Part shown: positions 1 through 13,790 of the stretch, piece after piece
Numbering within the stretch: the first letter of the stretch is position 1
How the letters are laid out: every line of letters starts with the position of its first letter
Assembly: GCF_009914755.1 (NCBI RefSeq)
Contig: NC_060926.1
Strand: one strand, 5' to 3'
Length of the DNA stretch: 64,000 bases
DNA from: the human T2T-CHM13v2.0 reference genome, Homo sapiens
Position numbers and translations under genes: made by a program
The notes under the pieces: generated by a model
The model's input: only the letters and a program-made list of their open reading frames with translations
What the model was told of the DNA's origin: nothing
The model's database searches: none

Positions 1-960
1 CTTGTTAAACAGATCTCCAGAACTTTTTATCTTGCACAACTAAAACTCTATACCCATTAAACAACAACTTCCCACTCCCCCTTTCCCAGCTCTTGGCAGC
101 CACCACTCTACTTTCTGTTTCTATGAATTTAACTACTTCAGATACCTCATATAAGTGGAATCATACAGTATTGATCTTTTTTTGTGACTGGCTTATTTCA
201 CCTAACATGATATCCTCAAGGTTCAACCATGTTACAGCATGTGACATAATTTCCTTCCTTTTTTAGGCTGAATAATAATCCACTGTATGTATATGCCACA
301 TTTTGTTTATCTATTCATCTGTTGTTGGATATCTAGATTGCTTCTATTTCCTAGCTATTGTGAATAGTGCTGCTGTGAACATGGATGTGCAAATATCTCT
401 TTGAGACTCTAGTTATAGACGGATGTGGTTTTGCTCTGTGTTCCCACCAAATCTCATCTTGAATTGTAATCTCCACGTGTCAGGGGAGGGGCCTGGCGGG
501 AGGTGACTGAATCATGGGGCAGACTTCCCCCTTGCTGTTCTTGTGATAGTGAGCTCTCACAAGATTTGGTTGTTTGAAAGTGTGTGGCACTTACCCCTTT
601 GCTCTCTGTCTCTCTCTCCTGCTCCACCATGGTAAGATGTGCCTGCTTCCCCTTCAACTTCCACCATGATTGTAAGTGTCCTGAGGCCTCCCAGCCATGC
701 TTCCTGTACAGCCTGTGGAACTGTGAGTCAATTAAACCTCTTTTGTTCATAAATTACCCAGTCTCAGGTAGTTCTTTATAGTGGTATGAAAAAGGACTAA
801 CGCATATACCCAGAAGTGAAATTGCTGGGTCATATGGTAATTCTATTTTTAATTTTTTGGAGAACCACCACACTATTTTCCATGGCAGTAGCCCCATTTT
901 GTAATGCCACCAACAGTGCACAAGGGCTCCAGTTTCTCCACATCCTCACTAACACTTGTT
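1..960 (-). mobile_element. L1MB-type LINE 3' region, interrupted by a MaLR LTR
   Basis: Antisense L1M 3'-end motifs (gatacctcatataagtggaatcatacagta; tatacccagaagtgaaattgctgggtcatatggtaattct) continue on both sides of the LTR. Confidence 0.8.
421..804 (+). mobile_element. MaLR solo LTR, THE1D/MSTA-like
   Basis: Runs from ggatgtggttttgctctgtg through agccatgcttcctgtacagcctgtggaactgtgagtcaattaaacc to ggactaacgca; 5-bp TSD tagac/tatac. Confidence 0.85.
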
Positions 961-1182
961 TAAAAAAAAAAAAACTAACAGATTTTTTTTTTAAATTACT
1001 TTTTCTTGATGTCAATTAAGAAAATATTTCTAAATTGTCCCATTTCATTAAGACTGTCTTTTAGTGCCCATTGTGTTTATTGAATACTTTATAGGGATCA
1101 AGTTGTCTCATAAAGGGCTCACCTTTCATAGAGGTTTATGGATGACTTATATTAGCAAAAAAAATTCTTGTGAATTAGATGA

Positions 1183-1561
<379 letters not shown>

Positions 1562-3665
1562 TAATCCTTTTCTATAATCCTGGAGAGATACGGAGGATTT
1601 CTCAATAATTAAGTGTTGAGAGGGCCCTTTTCTGTCCCCACCCCACAAGCAGAATCAGGTGGTTAATGTTTCAGGCACAGGTCAAATCCTCAATTTTTCC
1701 CTCTGAACAAAAAAGAAAGCCAAGGAAGAATTGGTGACTTGATTTTGTAACTGCTCATTACAGGGCCATCTATGCTTTTTAGCATGCAGCATCTTAATAA
1801 GCCAAGATACTATAGCAGAGGGTCCATAACTAATCTACTGTAATAAATAAAAGGAATGGGAGTGGTACTAGCATATTCTATGGATATAATGTGCAGTTTG
1901 CAAAGTGTGACATTTTAAATAAACTTTATTCTTGAGGTATTTAAAAAAACATAAAGGCAGTAATGAAATATAGTGCACAACATTAGTTGACACAGCAATT
2001 CCTGCCTCTTAAGACCCTGTTAAATAACCAGAGCTTAAATCTTCATCTTGAAATATACAGCTCTTCTATGATTTTAAGTGAGTTGTAAAACTTTTATGGA
2101 GTGTGTCCTAACTTTATTTTAAAAATAGTCTCCACTTTTATAGCAAAGGTGACCCAGAGGTACCTTGTGAATAATAGAACAACATATTTAAGCCATAAAT
2201 TTACCTTTCTGGGCAATACAGAAGTCATCTTAGTACTTATATCTCTCCTGGAAGGAAGCAGCAGCAAGCAGGAGCAGGGATGCATCTTGAAATGGCTATT
2301 TACCCAAAACTTACAGATTTTAACTCTAGAAGTAACTAAGTTTTACCTCAAATGGGCACACTTAACATTTCTGCTACCAAGTTGAAACAAGGATTCAAAA
2401 GTTAAAGCTAGCTATTATAGAAACATAAAGTCAAATCTTTGCATAGCTGAGTGTTGAAACTGGGAAAAGTTCATACTCTCAGTATCTGGTTTATGTAGTT
2501 ATTCGTTTTTGGGCATACAACTCTGTAAGCTGATGTGGGCCTGTGGGATGAGTTCATTCCCATATAGGGGGAACCAAATTTGACTCCAAAACTAATTAAG
2601 ATGTTCAAGTGCTTTTTACTTATGGCCAAAATTTCACTGGGTTGCAATTCTTCGATTATATCAAACTCTTGTACATTTTTCAATGAAGCACAAACAATTC
2701 ATTTTCTATTATTCTTTGTTTCTTCTTTTTAAGCTTATATACTTTGAAAATAGTTGTATAGTTGTAGTCTATTAAATATATGTCATATATATATGCATAC
2801 AAAATGAATACAGTTTGGTCTTTACCTTAACACTGTATGTGAAGCCTCATTTGGATGTAATGATAATTAATGTTTTAAAAATGAGAAAACCACTGACTTA
2901 GGCATTTCTTCTCTTTCCCACTGAAGACACACAGAATAACTAGATGATATCATAACCAATGAAAATCATTTACTAAACAGCCTCTCGTATGTGGTGTCAT
3001 AGTAAGCATTATCCAAAGGACACTAGTTTTAGTGACTAAATAAAAGCTCCGCTTCCTGTGATATCCCAAGAAATAGCTACTTGCAAAAATATCTAGTAAG
3101 GGTGCACTTGTTTACAGAATTCAGAAGTCTTATTAAGACGGTTTGGATTATGCTAATATTCTCTGTTCCAATATTTATAGAGGGCAGTGAACCTGGCACT
3201 GTGTCTTTTTTTCTTATTAGGAATTCACTGAATGCAAGTGAGCATTAGCTTCCTTTTTACCTGTACCCATTGTTCCTCCCTTCTCTTCTCTCTCTCCTCC
3301 TCCCTTTTCTCTCAGCTCCCATCCTTCTTCTAAGGGAGGGGCCCAAGGGCAGGGTCGACCAAGTGGGTGCAGAAGAGCAGGCTGCAAGCCTGGAAGGCAG
3401 GTGCATGGCTGTTTCCCAGGTGGCAGTGGGGGAAGGGGGCTGCATAATCTCTCTATTTGGAAAGCAGGTAGGGAGAGAGGACAGCTACCTGTTACTTTAG
3501 GCCATGTTAGGTGAACAGGAAGAGTCCAAACTAGGTAAACTTTTAGTGGGACAGAAAAAGGATATCTTTTCCCTTTTGTCAATACACTCTTACATTCCTG
3601 TCTCTCAGAACACCTTCTCTTTCCCACTCTTCTTGGATCTTTATATCTCCTTTTCCTAGGAGCTC

Positions 3666-4111
3666 TGTGAAAACGGCCATATATGCTTAACAGCTCCCAG
3701 ATGTCGAAGGAGCCAAGAAACTAAAGGAGGTGGTAGACAAATCCACTTTGTTTGTATTGGGTAATTTATTGAGGGAACTTATAGACAGAAGCATGGTCTT
3801 GCGTGGCCCCAAGATAGGTAGATCTCCACATGGTTACTCCACAAACCCAAGTCTTATCCACCATAAGGAAAGGGTATACATACTCTAGCAAGACAATTAA
3901 ACCATCCAGAACAAGCAAGAATGCTATATGTGTCATAGCCTATAATTTGTGTGAAAACATCAAGATTGCTTTGATCTAAAATCAGGAGCACATGTTCTTG
4001 CACTAGGGTCAGTAAATAAAGGAGGAATCAGGAGGCCTTCCTAGAACTGGGGCTGATGGAAAGTCAAGATGGTGGATTAGCATCCAAGATGGAGTCACTT
4101 TTGTCTCCACA
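3666..4111 (-). mobile_element. ERVL solo LTR, LTR47-like
   Basis: TG...CA termini; the minus strand begins tgtggagacaaaagtgactccatcttggatgctaatcc, as recalled for LTR47; TSD not evident. Confidence 0.7.
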
Positions 4112-4472
4112 GAAGGTAAAAAAGAGGCAAGTTGGTGGGATATGAAAGGAGGCAGGAGAGAGAAGAGAGGACAAACCTGGAGAGATATACAGATCCATTG
4201 CTGGAGGACGGAGCGGGGAGTAGTATAGGCGCAGAAGACCTTGTGGGTTGGGGTGGGGAAAATGTTCAGAAGCCTCACTCCTGGGGCCGCTATGTTTAGG
4301 CACCACCCCAGTGGTTCATCTTGCTTCCTCTTATGCCTTCCGTCACAATCTGAAAATGGTCAAACCATCATATTGCTTTAAAGAATTATTGAAAATTCTC
4401 TTTAATGATAGCCTGTATAGGTTATTTCTCAAGAATTTATATCCTCCAAAGTGGAAGGAAATACAATCCTTT

Positions 4473-4476
<4 letters not shown>

Positions 4477-4521
<45 letters not shown>

Positions 4522-4543
4522 GAAAGACAGAGAGAGAGAGAGA
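4477..4543. repeat. (CA)n microsatellite followed by (GA)n
   Basis: Direct reading. Confidence 0.95.
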
Positions 4544-4659
4544 AATTCTATCTTGATTTCATATGGATAAAATGTACACTTTATTTTACAAATATCCTTG
4601 TAGCTTCCATTTTACATGTACATCAGTATATATATTTTTTAAGACAAAGAACTAGCATG

Positions 4660-4790
4660 CAGGAGTTTTTTAGAGTGATAGATCTGTATCCTGAAGGTGG
4701 TTACGTAAATTTACACATGGGTTAAAATTTTATACACCAAAAGAAAAAGTCGATTTTATTGTATTATAATTTGTAAAAATAAAATAAAAC
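4660..4790 (+). mobile_element. L1ME 3'-end fragment
   Basis: ggtggttacgtaaatttacacatg...attttattgtattataatttgtaaaaataaaataaaa resembles L1ME termini. Confidence 0.45.
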
Positions 4791-5844
4791 ATTTTACTGT
4801 CACAAAAAGCCCATCTTCCATACAAAATCCAAAATCTGTCTCTTTATACCTAGCATAAAGGCTAAGGTGACTGTTGAATAGCGACTAGATTTGCTTGAAA
4901 GGCCCAGACTTGCTCTGTTAAAATATTAATGCATTAAACAAGGCCTGTTTGGTTTTTGTTTTTTTTAAAAAAAGCCTTATTAAGCACTTGCTGTGGAAAT
5001 CCCCAAAAGTCACTTCCCTTGAGGAGCGAGTGTTTTCGAAGTGTTTGAGTGGACTAAAATGCAGGTCTGTGTTCTCCTTCTGACTTCACTGCTCCTGTTC
5101 TTCGACTGTCCATGGTCCTCCTTTGCAAAGTGGCGTTAGTTCCAGCTCTTTCTTCAGAAGGTTTGGTATGAGGATCTCTCAGCTGAGGGCCCAGGGAGAC
5201 AGCTCTGTTAACTGCACTATGCAGGACAAGTGCGGACATGATGATGATCAGCTCCATTTCCCCTCAAGTCCAGAGACTGGACGGCAGGGTGGAGCTGGCA
5301 TCTCTGCTCCTTTGCCAAAAAGGAGAAATTGATCTTCTCCTAGTTCCCCAGGATGCTCCCAAGCACACTCCAAATAGCCCACTGCTCACACTCCCTGATA
5401 TTCCAGGAAGAAGGACAGATGCAACATGGAATGACACCCAGAGAGCTAGAGAAGCCTGCTGAAGCAGGGATGGAAATCCTCCAGGCACAGGGCTGAGGTT
5501 CACAGGGCATGCACCAGCATTGTTCGTGCACAGATGACAACCATTCTGACTGGTTGGTGGCTGTGCTTCACTGGTGATCAAGGATGTTAAACACAATCCC
5601 TGTGGACCAGAGGCCAGTGAGCTGGCATAAATAAGTGGAGCAGCTTAGTGTAAGAATTCCAAAACCCTCAATTCATTTTTCTTTTTCCAATTTTTGATAG
5701 AGACATAATTACAGGAAAATATTTCTTGACTCCAGGAAAATTGTTAGTGCAATGGAAAATGAAAACAGATGCATGGCTTCAGAGAAAGTAAAGAATGATG
5801 AGAACAGGGATCGAGGGGACAGCTGCTGCTTGGCTCTACTCTAG

Positions 5845-6008
5845 GATGGTCTCAGCCTTTATTGGGCCATGAACCCCTCTGGCAGTCTAGTGAAGCCCAT
5901 GGATCCCTTCTCAAGATGACGCTTTTAAATAAAGAAAATAAAATACATAGGATTACAGAGGAAACTGTATCAAAACACAGGGGTCCCCTGGACCTAGGTT
6001 AAGAGCAA
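5845..6008. mobile_element. hAT-Charlie fragment (Charlie4-like)
   Basis: ggcagtctagtgaagcccatggatcccttctc...aaaatacataggattacagaggaaac. Confidence 0.6.
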
Positions 6009-7009
6009 TAGTCTCCATGCAGTAATATGGGTCTTGCACTTCTAAATATTTTAACCTTTCCAAGAGAAGTCAAGAACCCTAATTTTTAAAAGAAATGTTC
6101 TGACTTTTAACTGTTAACATGAAGTCTTTTTAAACACCAAGCCAGTCTAAGTATGTATCTGGATTGGTTTTGGATGCTGGTCTGATACTGAAACTTAATT
6201 TTAAGATTCCAGGAGACTCTTCATAAACAAAGAAGCGTGACAATCCCATATGGTGTCAACAGACGAGACTGGGGACAGTGTTATGGCCAAACCAGGGAAA
6301 GCCTAACACATGGCTGTCTGTTCATCGGAGGAGAACAAAACACAGCAGAGAAGAAATTGTATCCTATGTGCTTGGATTCATGTTCTTAACAAAGCTAGTT
6401 GATATTTGCCTTCCTTTGAGATTTTAATTTTATTATCTCACCTGTCACTATGATTTCCCATGGAGATATTTAGATAGATTTATCAAAGTTTGATATTGGA
6501 ATTTAAGATTTTTAATTTGCTTTTATCACTTCTTTTCTACTAACTCTTAGAAAATGGCTTTTTCACCTTGGTAGGAAAGAGAGAGAGCTAGTATTATACT
6601 ATCATCATAGACAGGCTCTACATGGGGAGACATAAAAGACAAAACAGAGGGAAGGTCCCTATTTTAGGAAAATTTTCTTAAATTATTTATCTCTATGAAA
6701 GATACCTATTCTGAACATAATTGAAATTAGATGAGATCAGATCATTATCATTTCAAGTAATTAGAAAATATATAGCTCTCTCAAAAACATCATGGAATCC
6801 ATATACATTTCCTGACAAATGGATCCCCACATTCCAATAAATGGAAGCCATACCATAAAGTCAGCAGTTTTTTTTTTTTTCAAATTGAGTCAATGAAGTA
6901 TTTAGTAAAGTATTAGGAAGTATTTCCTAGATGAGTGGCTTCTACATTTTTTGACCACTGTGTGTAGTAAAGAAGTATATTTTGCACATGTCTATATAAT
7001 AAAAGTCTT

Positions 7010-7308
7010 GGCCATGTGCGGTGGCTCATGCCTGTAATCCCAGCACTTTGGGAGGCCGAGGCGGGCGAATCACGACGTCAGGAGTTCGAGACCAGCCTGG
7101 CCAACATGGTGAAACCCTGTCTCTACTAAAAATACAAAAAATTAGCTGGGCGTAGTGGCGGGCGCCTGTAATCCCAGCTACTCAGGAAGCTGAGGCAGGA
7201 GAATTGCTTGAACCCGGGAGGCGGACGTTGCAGTGAGTCAAGATCACACCACTGCACTCCAGCCCAGGGAACAGAGTGAGACTTGTCTCAAAAAAAAAAA
7301 AAAAAAAA
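7010..7308 (+). mobile_element. AluSg-like
   Basis: Full dimer with gaatcacgacgtcaggagttcgag (2-nt deletion diagnostic) and an A-tail. Confidence 0.95.
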
Positions 7309-7614
7309 GTTCCATAAAGCTGTACTGGAACTTACTAAGAGACATGTTTTCTAATTTATTCTATTATGTTATACTTCATTTAAAAATGTTGGTCTGAACC
7401 CACTAAATTGACACCACACAATAGTTGATTTCACTGACCTGTGCTTTGATAACCTACCATGCTACTTCTACTGCAGGCACAGCCCTCCATTCCCATCTTC
7501 TCCCCAAAATGCTCCAGAGTCAAGACAGTCTGGACCAGGTTCTTCTTTCCTCATCCAGACTTGTGCAAAGAATAGGTATAGAGGTTCTGTACGATAGTCA
7601 GCTTGCATCTTCTT

Positions 7615-7870
7615 AATTCCTTATTTATCCACTCATTCTTTCATTCCTACTGTCATTCATTCAAGGAAACATTTATTGAATATTCAGTATGTGGCAGCCA
7701 CAGATCTTCCATTTAGGGATACAGGCATAAAAGCAGATGATTATAATGTCACAGGTTAAGAACTGAGCTGAGTATGCATAGGGAATGGTGGAGTCTCAGA
7801 GCAGTGGCACCTGGGGGCAATGATCTTGAAAGGATAAGAAGGATGATCTGGGTGAAGTCTCCACCTAGAC
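7615..7870 (-). mobile_element. L2 3' fragment
   Basis: cattcattcaaggaaacatttattgaatattcagtatgtg is a typical antisense L2 end. Confidence 0.55.
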
Positions 7871-8299
7871 ATTCTTACAGGTATCTCAGCACCCAACAAA
7901 ATGAATGCTAGAGCAGGAAGTGGGTTCAGAGACAGGAGGCCTGATTGGGAGGTGGGGGTGGGTGTGGGAAGGGCGTGTATGAGGATGGGGTGTGTTAAAG
8001 TCTTTGGAGAATAGTGCATGAGGAGGGGAGGGTGTGATGAGGTCATGGGGTTGCTGTCAGTTGGGGGGGGGGGGGCATTTGGAAGGCTTTCAGTCCAGTG
8101 CTGCTTTACCCCCAATGTAGAGAATTGACATTGCAAAAGTTTATTGTTTTTGTATTGGCAGAGGATCTCAATTCTCAGTGACACTCCATAATAATTAATT
8201 GCTACAAACAGCAAAGGCTTAATGCTAAGCTTGGAATCTGGACTCCCATGATCACTTCTCATAAAGAGCCTCCTCTCCCTCTGAAAGCTCAAAATGAGA

Positions 8300-8445
8300 T
8301 CACAGAATGTTAGAATTGGAAAGAAGCTAAGTGATGGTTATCTGGCTACTTCCATTTACAGCAATAACACCTGAAGCCAGCGACCTGTCCAAGTTCACAA
8401 AGCTGGTCAGCAGGAGAGCCTGGCCTGGAAGCTGGTCTCTTGCCT
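8300..8445 (-). mobile_element. MIR/MIR3 fragment
   Basis: agaatgttagaattggaaag...gacctgtccaagttcacaaagctgg. Confidence 0.5.
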
Positions 8446-8851
8446 TTCACATCGAGTTGGGACATGGAGCTTTGGGGTGGGGTGGACACGGTGGGAGTTG
8501 GGTGGGGGTGATGGAGTAGCCAGCAGAGGTGCCTCTCCTTCTAACTGCCTTTTGCTGCTTCCTATGCAGGCCAGAGGGAGACACCATACACAAGCAGGCC
8601 ACTCTTCTGGTGGCCCATGGCTTCTTGTTTAGAGGGTTCGACCGAAGTTGCCAGGTCACTGTGGTGGAGCCTCCTATGTTCAAGCAGCAAACATTTGGGT
8701 TGTCAGGGGCTTTTGAGAACTCCTGCATTGGTCTCTTGAGCTCTCTTCAGCTCTGGATCCCCTCCCTCCCAGGGCCCAAGGGAGATTGCCTGCGTCAAAA
8801 GCATTTCATATGTTAGGTCTCCAGTTTCTTTCCTTAGTAGACTAAAATGTA

Positions 8852-9040
8852 GCATTGTTAGAACTTGAATGTGCATTAAAAATTCACCTGAGAAATTTGT
8901 TTAAAATGCAAATCCCAGGACTTAGACATTCCAATTCTTAGGTCTTGAGGAGGGACCCCAGCAACCTGCATTTTAAAGATCTTACCCAGGAATGCGGATA
9001 TAGGGATCCCCTGGAGCATATTTTTTAAAATATGGGACTT
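8852..9040. mobile_element. MER5-type hAT-Charlie element
   Basis: tgcattaaaaattcacctgagaaatttgtttaaaatgcaaatccc...cctgcattttaa. Confidence 0.6.
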
Positions 9041-9311
9041 AGAGCATATAAGGTTTGAGGAAGACAAAGACCTGGGCTTCCTGGGAGGTTATCTCTTCTC
9101 CTTAGTTTAAGGACCAAAAGGTTTCTTTCAACTAACCCACTGAGGCCATTTAGAATAGCTTTCTTGCCCCCAAACTGCCAGGATATCACTACAAGTTGAC
9201 CTGTAGAGGAGCAGGATTGGGATGTAAACTGCATGGGAAAAGATAATCTTAAGAGTCATTTAATTTAATTAGCAGTAGGGCCCCAACGCCTGGGAAAAAT
9301 CAGGTCTAAGT

Positions 9312-9343
9312 GGCAGTTTCCACAACAGCCACAAGGTGGCCAC
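9312..9343 (+). promoter_or_regulatory. Candidate CTCF site (core plus upstream motif)
   Basis: GGCAGTTTC-CACAA-CAGCCACAAGGTGGCCAC matches TGCAGTNCC-N5-TGGCCASYAGRKGGC. Confidence 0.55.
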
Positions 9344-9728
9344 CTTCGGCGTCAATTTGAAGAGCTCAGAGAGTTACCATCAGGTTTAGCTTATTTTCAA
9401 TGTTAAATGTCATCAGTTTTTAACGTGAGTGTTAATTTTAAAAGGATGCAAGAAGAAATGGCTTCACAGGAGAGCCTTCAAACTCACATTTTAATCAAAT
9501 ACTGACATGATCTAGATGGAGGAATTTAGTGAGGTTTCCACATCAGACCCCAGAAAAAAGATAAAAATCTGTTTGAGAAAAAGCCATAGTCTTTGCAAAA
9601 TGAAATGTGTCACTTAAAGGGAGTGTTTTTTAAAGCATTCTGAAAAGTTGGCTTTTTGGAAAAGTAGCAGGTGCAATCTGGTCATAAAAAATAAAAAAAA
9701 ATTATCATCTGGTAAATTTTTCTTTTTA

Positions 9729-10335
<607 letters not shown>

Positions 10336-11570
10336 TCACCACAGTGCAACTGCAAGCCAAGAAGCCCTGCCTCAAGCCTCCGGGAGGCCGAGCCACTGGC
10401 AAGGTCACTGCCAGCCTGTGACCTCAAGGACAGAGCAGCCAGTAGTTGGGGTTTATGGTGAGGCCACGGTCACCATTCCACAGGGATAGGTTGGAAAATA
10501 TAGCAATGGCATCAGACCAGCAGAGAATGCTGGGGACAAGGCTGCTGGTCACTTAGTGGGCTTTGGGCCATATGTGTACACATCTGTGTAAAATTAGTTC
10601 AGAGAGCAACTCCTGGCCAGAGCCTCACACGGAAGACATCCTCTGACGCATCTGAATTCCAGAACAATGTGCGTAGAGAGGTCAGTAGAAGGGGGTCTGG
10701 AGGGATAAACATCACATCCTCGTGTTCCAAGGGCACATGGGAAAGTTGGCCTCACATCCTACCCTCTCATTTCAGCTTCGTCTGGAAGAAGCAGCCCCGG
10801 AAAGAAAGAGGACATAATCGAGGGAGGCAAAAGGCCACCAGGACATAAGAGGTGGTGATGAAGTACAGCAGCCTCCATAGCTGAGGCCTTCCTCTCCAGC
10901 CTTCTTCATTGTATCTCCCGTCGTGCTCTTTGTGAGGTTAGGAAATGGTGGGAAGGGAAAGCTCTTGTCGACAAGAGACCTGAGGCGGCCTGGTTTCTTA
11001 GATATTTGGAGAGTGTGGGAGAGGATTCTAAGAGGTTTCTCTTTCTGCCTCTTCTCTTATCCTCGCAGAGCAGCATCGGGGGCTGAAAATTCCCAGAGCA
11101 TTACCCTTGGTGCTTAGGCTGCCTTCTTTCTAGAAATATGCCTTCAGCTCTCAAGCAGAAAGTAGGACAGTGTGGGGCCCAAGTAAAGGTCTCAAGGTCC
11201 TGATTGTTCTGAGGGACAGCTGTCCTTTGGTTGTTCTCTGATCAGGCCAGCTCACTGCAGGCAAAATTGGATGACAGCATATACAGAGAGCAGGACTCAT
11301 GTTCCCAATGTAAGAACGAGCGTCTCTCTAGGACTATATCTCATGGGAACCCTCTCTGTGCTGCTTGGTAGATGGAGGAGATGCATATATGGTTGAGGAG
11401 AGGGGATACTTCATAAGTCACCGCCTTGGCAAGACTCTTTTTCCATGACATTACCTGTGGCTCCAGGAGAGTGGCTTCCCAAAGTTGGCCACACAGAAAG
11501 AGTTCAAACCTGCTGACTGCCATGAGATGACCAGGTCATGTTTAATATAAAATATAACAGGCAAGCAGTC

Positions 11571-11924
11571 TGTATTAGTCCATTTTCATGCCGCTGATAA
11601 AGACATACCCAAAACTGGGAAGAAAAAGAGGTTTAATTGGACTTACATTTCCACATGGCCGGAGAGACCTCAGAATCATGGTGGGAGGGGAAAGGCACTT
11701 CTTACATAGTGACAGCAAGAAGAAGTGAGGAAGATGCAAAAGCGGAAACCCCTGATAAAACTATCAGATCTCTTGAGACTTATTCGCTACTACGAGAACA
11801 GTATGGGGGAAACTGCCCCCATGATTCAAATTATCTCGCACCGGGTCCCTCTCACAACACTTGTGAATCATGGGAGTACAATTCAAGATGAGATTTGGGT
11901 GGGGACACAGCCAAACCTTTATCA
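11571..11924 (-). mobile_element. THE1A 3' LTR
   Basis: tgtattagtc...gaagatgcaaaagcggaaacccctgataaaac...ccaaacctttatca. Confidence 0.9.
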
Positions 11925-13492
11925 TTCCACCCCGGCTCCTCCAAATCTCATGTCCTCACATTTCAAAACCAATCATTGCCTTCCCAACAGTCCCCTAAAG
12001 TCTTAACTCATTTCAGCATTAACTGAAAAGTCCACAGTCCAAAGTCTCATCTGAGACAAGGCAAGTCCCTTCCACTTATGAGCCTGTAAAATCAAAAGCA
12101 AGCTGGTTACTTCCTAGATACAATGGGGGTACAGGTATTGGGTAAATACAGCCATTCCAAATGGAAGCAATTGGACAAAACAAAGGGGTTACAGGACCCA
12201 TGCAAGTCCGAAATCCAGCGGGGCAGTCAAATTTTAAAGCGCCAAAATGATCTCTTTTGACTCCAGGTCTCACATCCAGGTCACACTGATGCAAGAGGTA
12301 AGTTTCTATGATCCTGGGCAGCTCCACCCCTATGGCTTTGTAGGGTACAGCCTCCCTCCTGACTGCTTTCATGGGCTGGCATTGAGTGTCTGTGGCTTTT
12401 CCAGGCAAATGGTGCAAGCTGTTGGTGGATCTACCATTCTGGAGTCTGGAGGATGGTGGCCCTCTTTTCATAGCTCCACTAGACGGTACCCCAGTAGGGG
12501 CTCTGTGTGGGGGATCTGACCCCACATTTCCCTTCTGCACTGACCTAGCAGTAATTCTCCATGAGTGCCCCACCCCTGCAGCAAACTTCTGCCTGGGTAT
12601 CCAGGCATTTCTATACATCTGAAATCTAGGCGGAGGTTTCCAAACCCCAATTCTTGACTTCTGTGCACTTGCAGGCTCAACACCATGTGGAAGCTCCCAA
12701 GGTTTGGGGCTTGTATCCTCTAAAGTCATGGCCTGAGCTCTACATTGGCTTCTTTCAGCCACGGCTGGAGTGACTGGGATGCAGGGCACCAAGTCCCTGG
12801 GCTGCACACAGCACTGGGATCCTGGGCCAGGCCCACGAAACCATTTTCTCCTAGGCCTCTGGGCCTGTGTTGGGAGGGGCTGTTGTGAAGATCTCTGACA
12901 TGCCCTGGAGACATTTTCTCCATTTTCTTGGAGATTAACATTTGGCTCCTCTTACTTATGCAAATTTCTGCAGCTTGCTTGAATATCTTCTTAGAAAATG
13001 GGTTTTTCTTTTTCTATCACATTGTCAGGCTGCAGATTTTCCAAACTTTTATGCTCTGCTTCCCTTATAAAACTGAATGCCTTTAACACTCAAGTCACCT
13101 CTTGAATGCTTTGCTGCTTAGAAGTTTCTTCCACCAGATACCCTAAATCATCTCTCTCAAGTTCAAAGTTCCACAAATCTCTAGGGCAGGGTCAAAATGC
13201 TGCCAATCTCTTTGCTAAAACATAACAAGAGTCACCTTTGCTCCAGTTCCCAACAAGCTCCTCATCACCATCTGAGACCACCTCAGCCTGGACCTTATTG
13301 TCCATATCACTAATAGGCTTTTGGTCAAAGCCATTCAACAAGTCTCTAGGAAGTTCCAAACTTTCCCATATTTTCCTGTCTTCTTCTGAGCCCCCCAATC
13401 TGTTCCAACCTCTGCATGTTACCCAGTTCCAAAGTTGCTTCCACATTTTCAGGTATCTTTTCAGCAACACCCCATTTCTGGTACCAACTTAC
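11925..13492 (-). mobile_element. THE1A internal region (~1.57 kb)
   Basis: Lies between two LTRs; polypurine tract (ttccacccc on +) at one end and ggtaccaacttac at the other; translations match the MaLR internal ORF (LELPRDLLNGFDQ, VSDGDEELVGNWSKGDSCY). Confidence 0.92.
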
Positions 13493-13790
13493 TGAATTAG
13501 TCTGTTTTCATGCTGCTGATAAAGACATACCCAAAACTGGGAAGAAAAAGAGGTTTAATTGGACTTACAGTTCCACATGGCTGGAGAGGCCTCGGAATCA
13601 TGACAGGAGGCAAAAGGCACTTCTTACATGGCGGCAGCAAGAGAAAATGAGGAAGATGCAAAAGCAGAGACCCCCTGATAAAAGCATCAGATTTCATGAG
13701 ACTTATTCACTACCATAAGAACAGTATAGGGGAAACCACTCCTATGATTCAAATTATCTCCCACCAGGCCCCTCCCACAACACATGAGAA
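13493..13790 (-). mobile_element. THE1A 5' LTR, lacking its first ~55 bp
   Basis: Direct repeat of 11571-11867; similarity stops at cacaacacatgagaa. Confidence 0.88.

Noticed and set aside
7756-8292. 178-aa Pro-rich minus-strand ORF
   Set aside because: Produced by G-rich low-complexity sequence and an L2 remnant; no recognisable domain.
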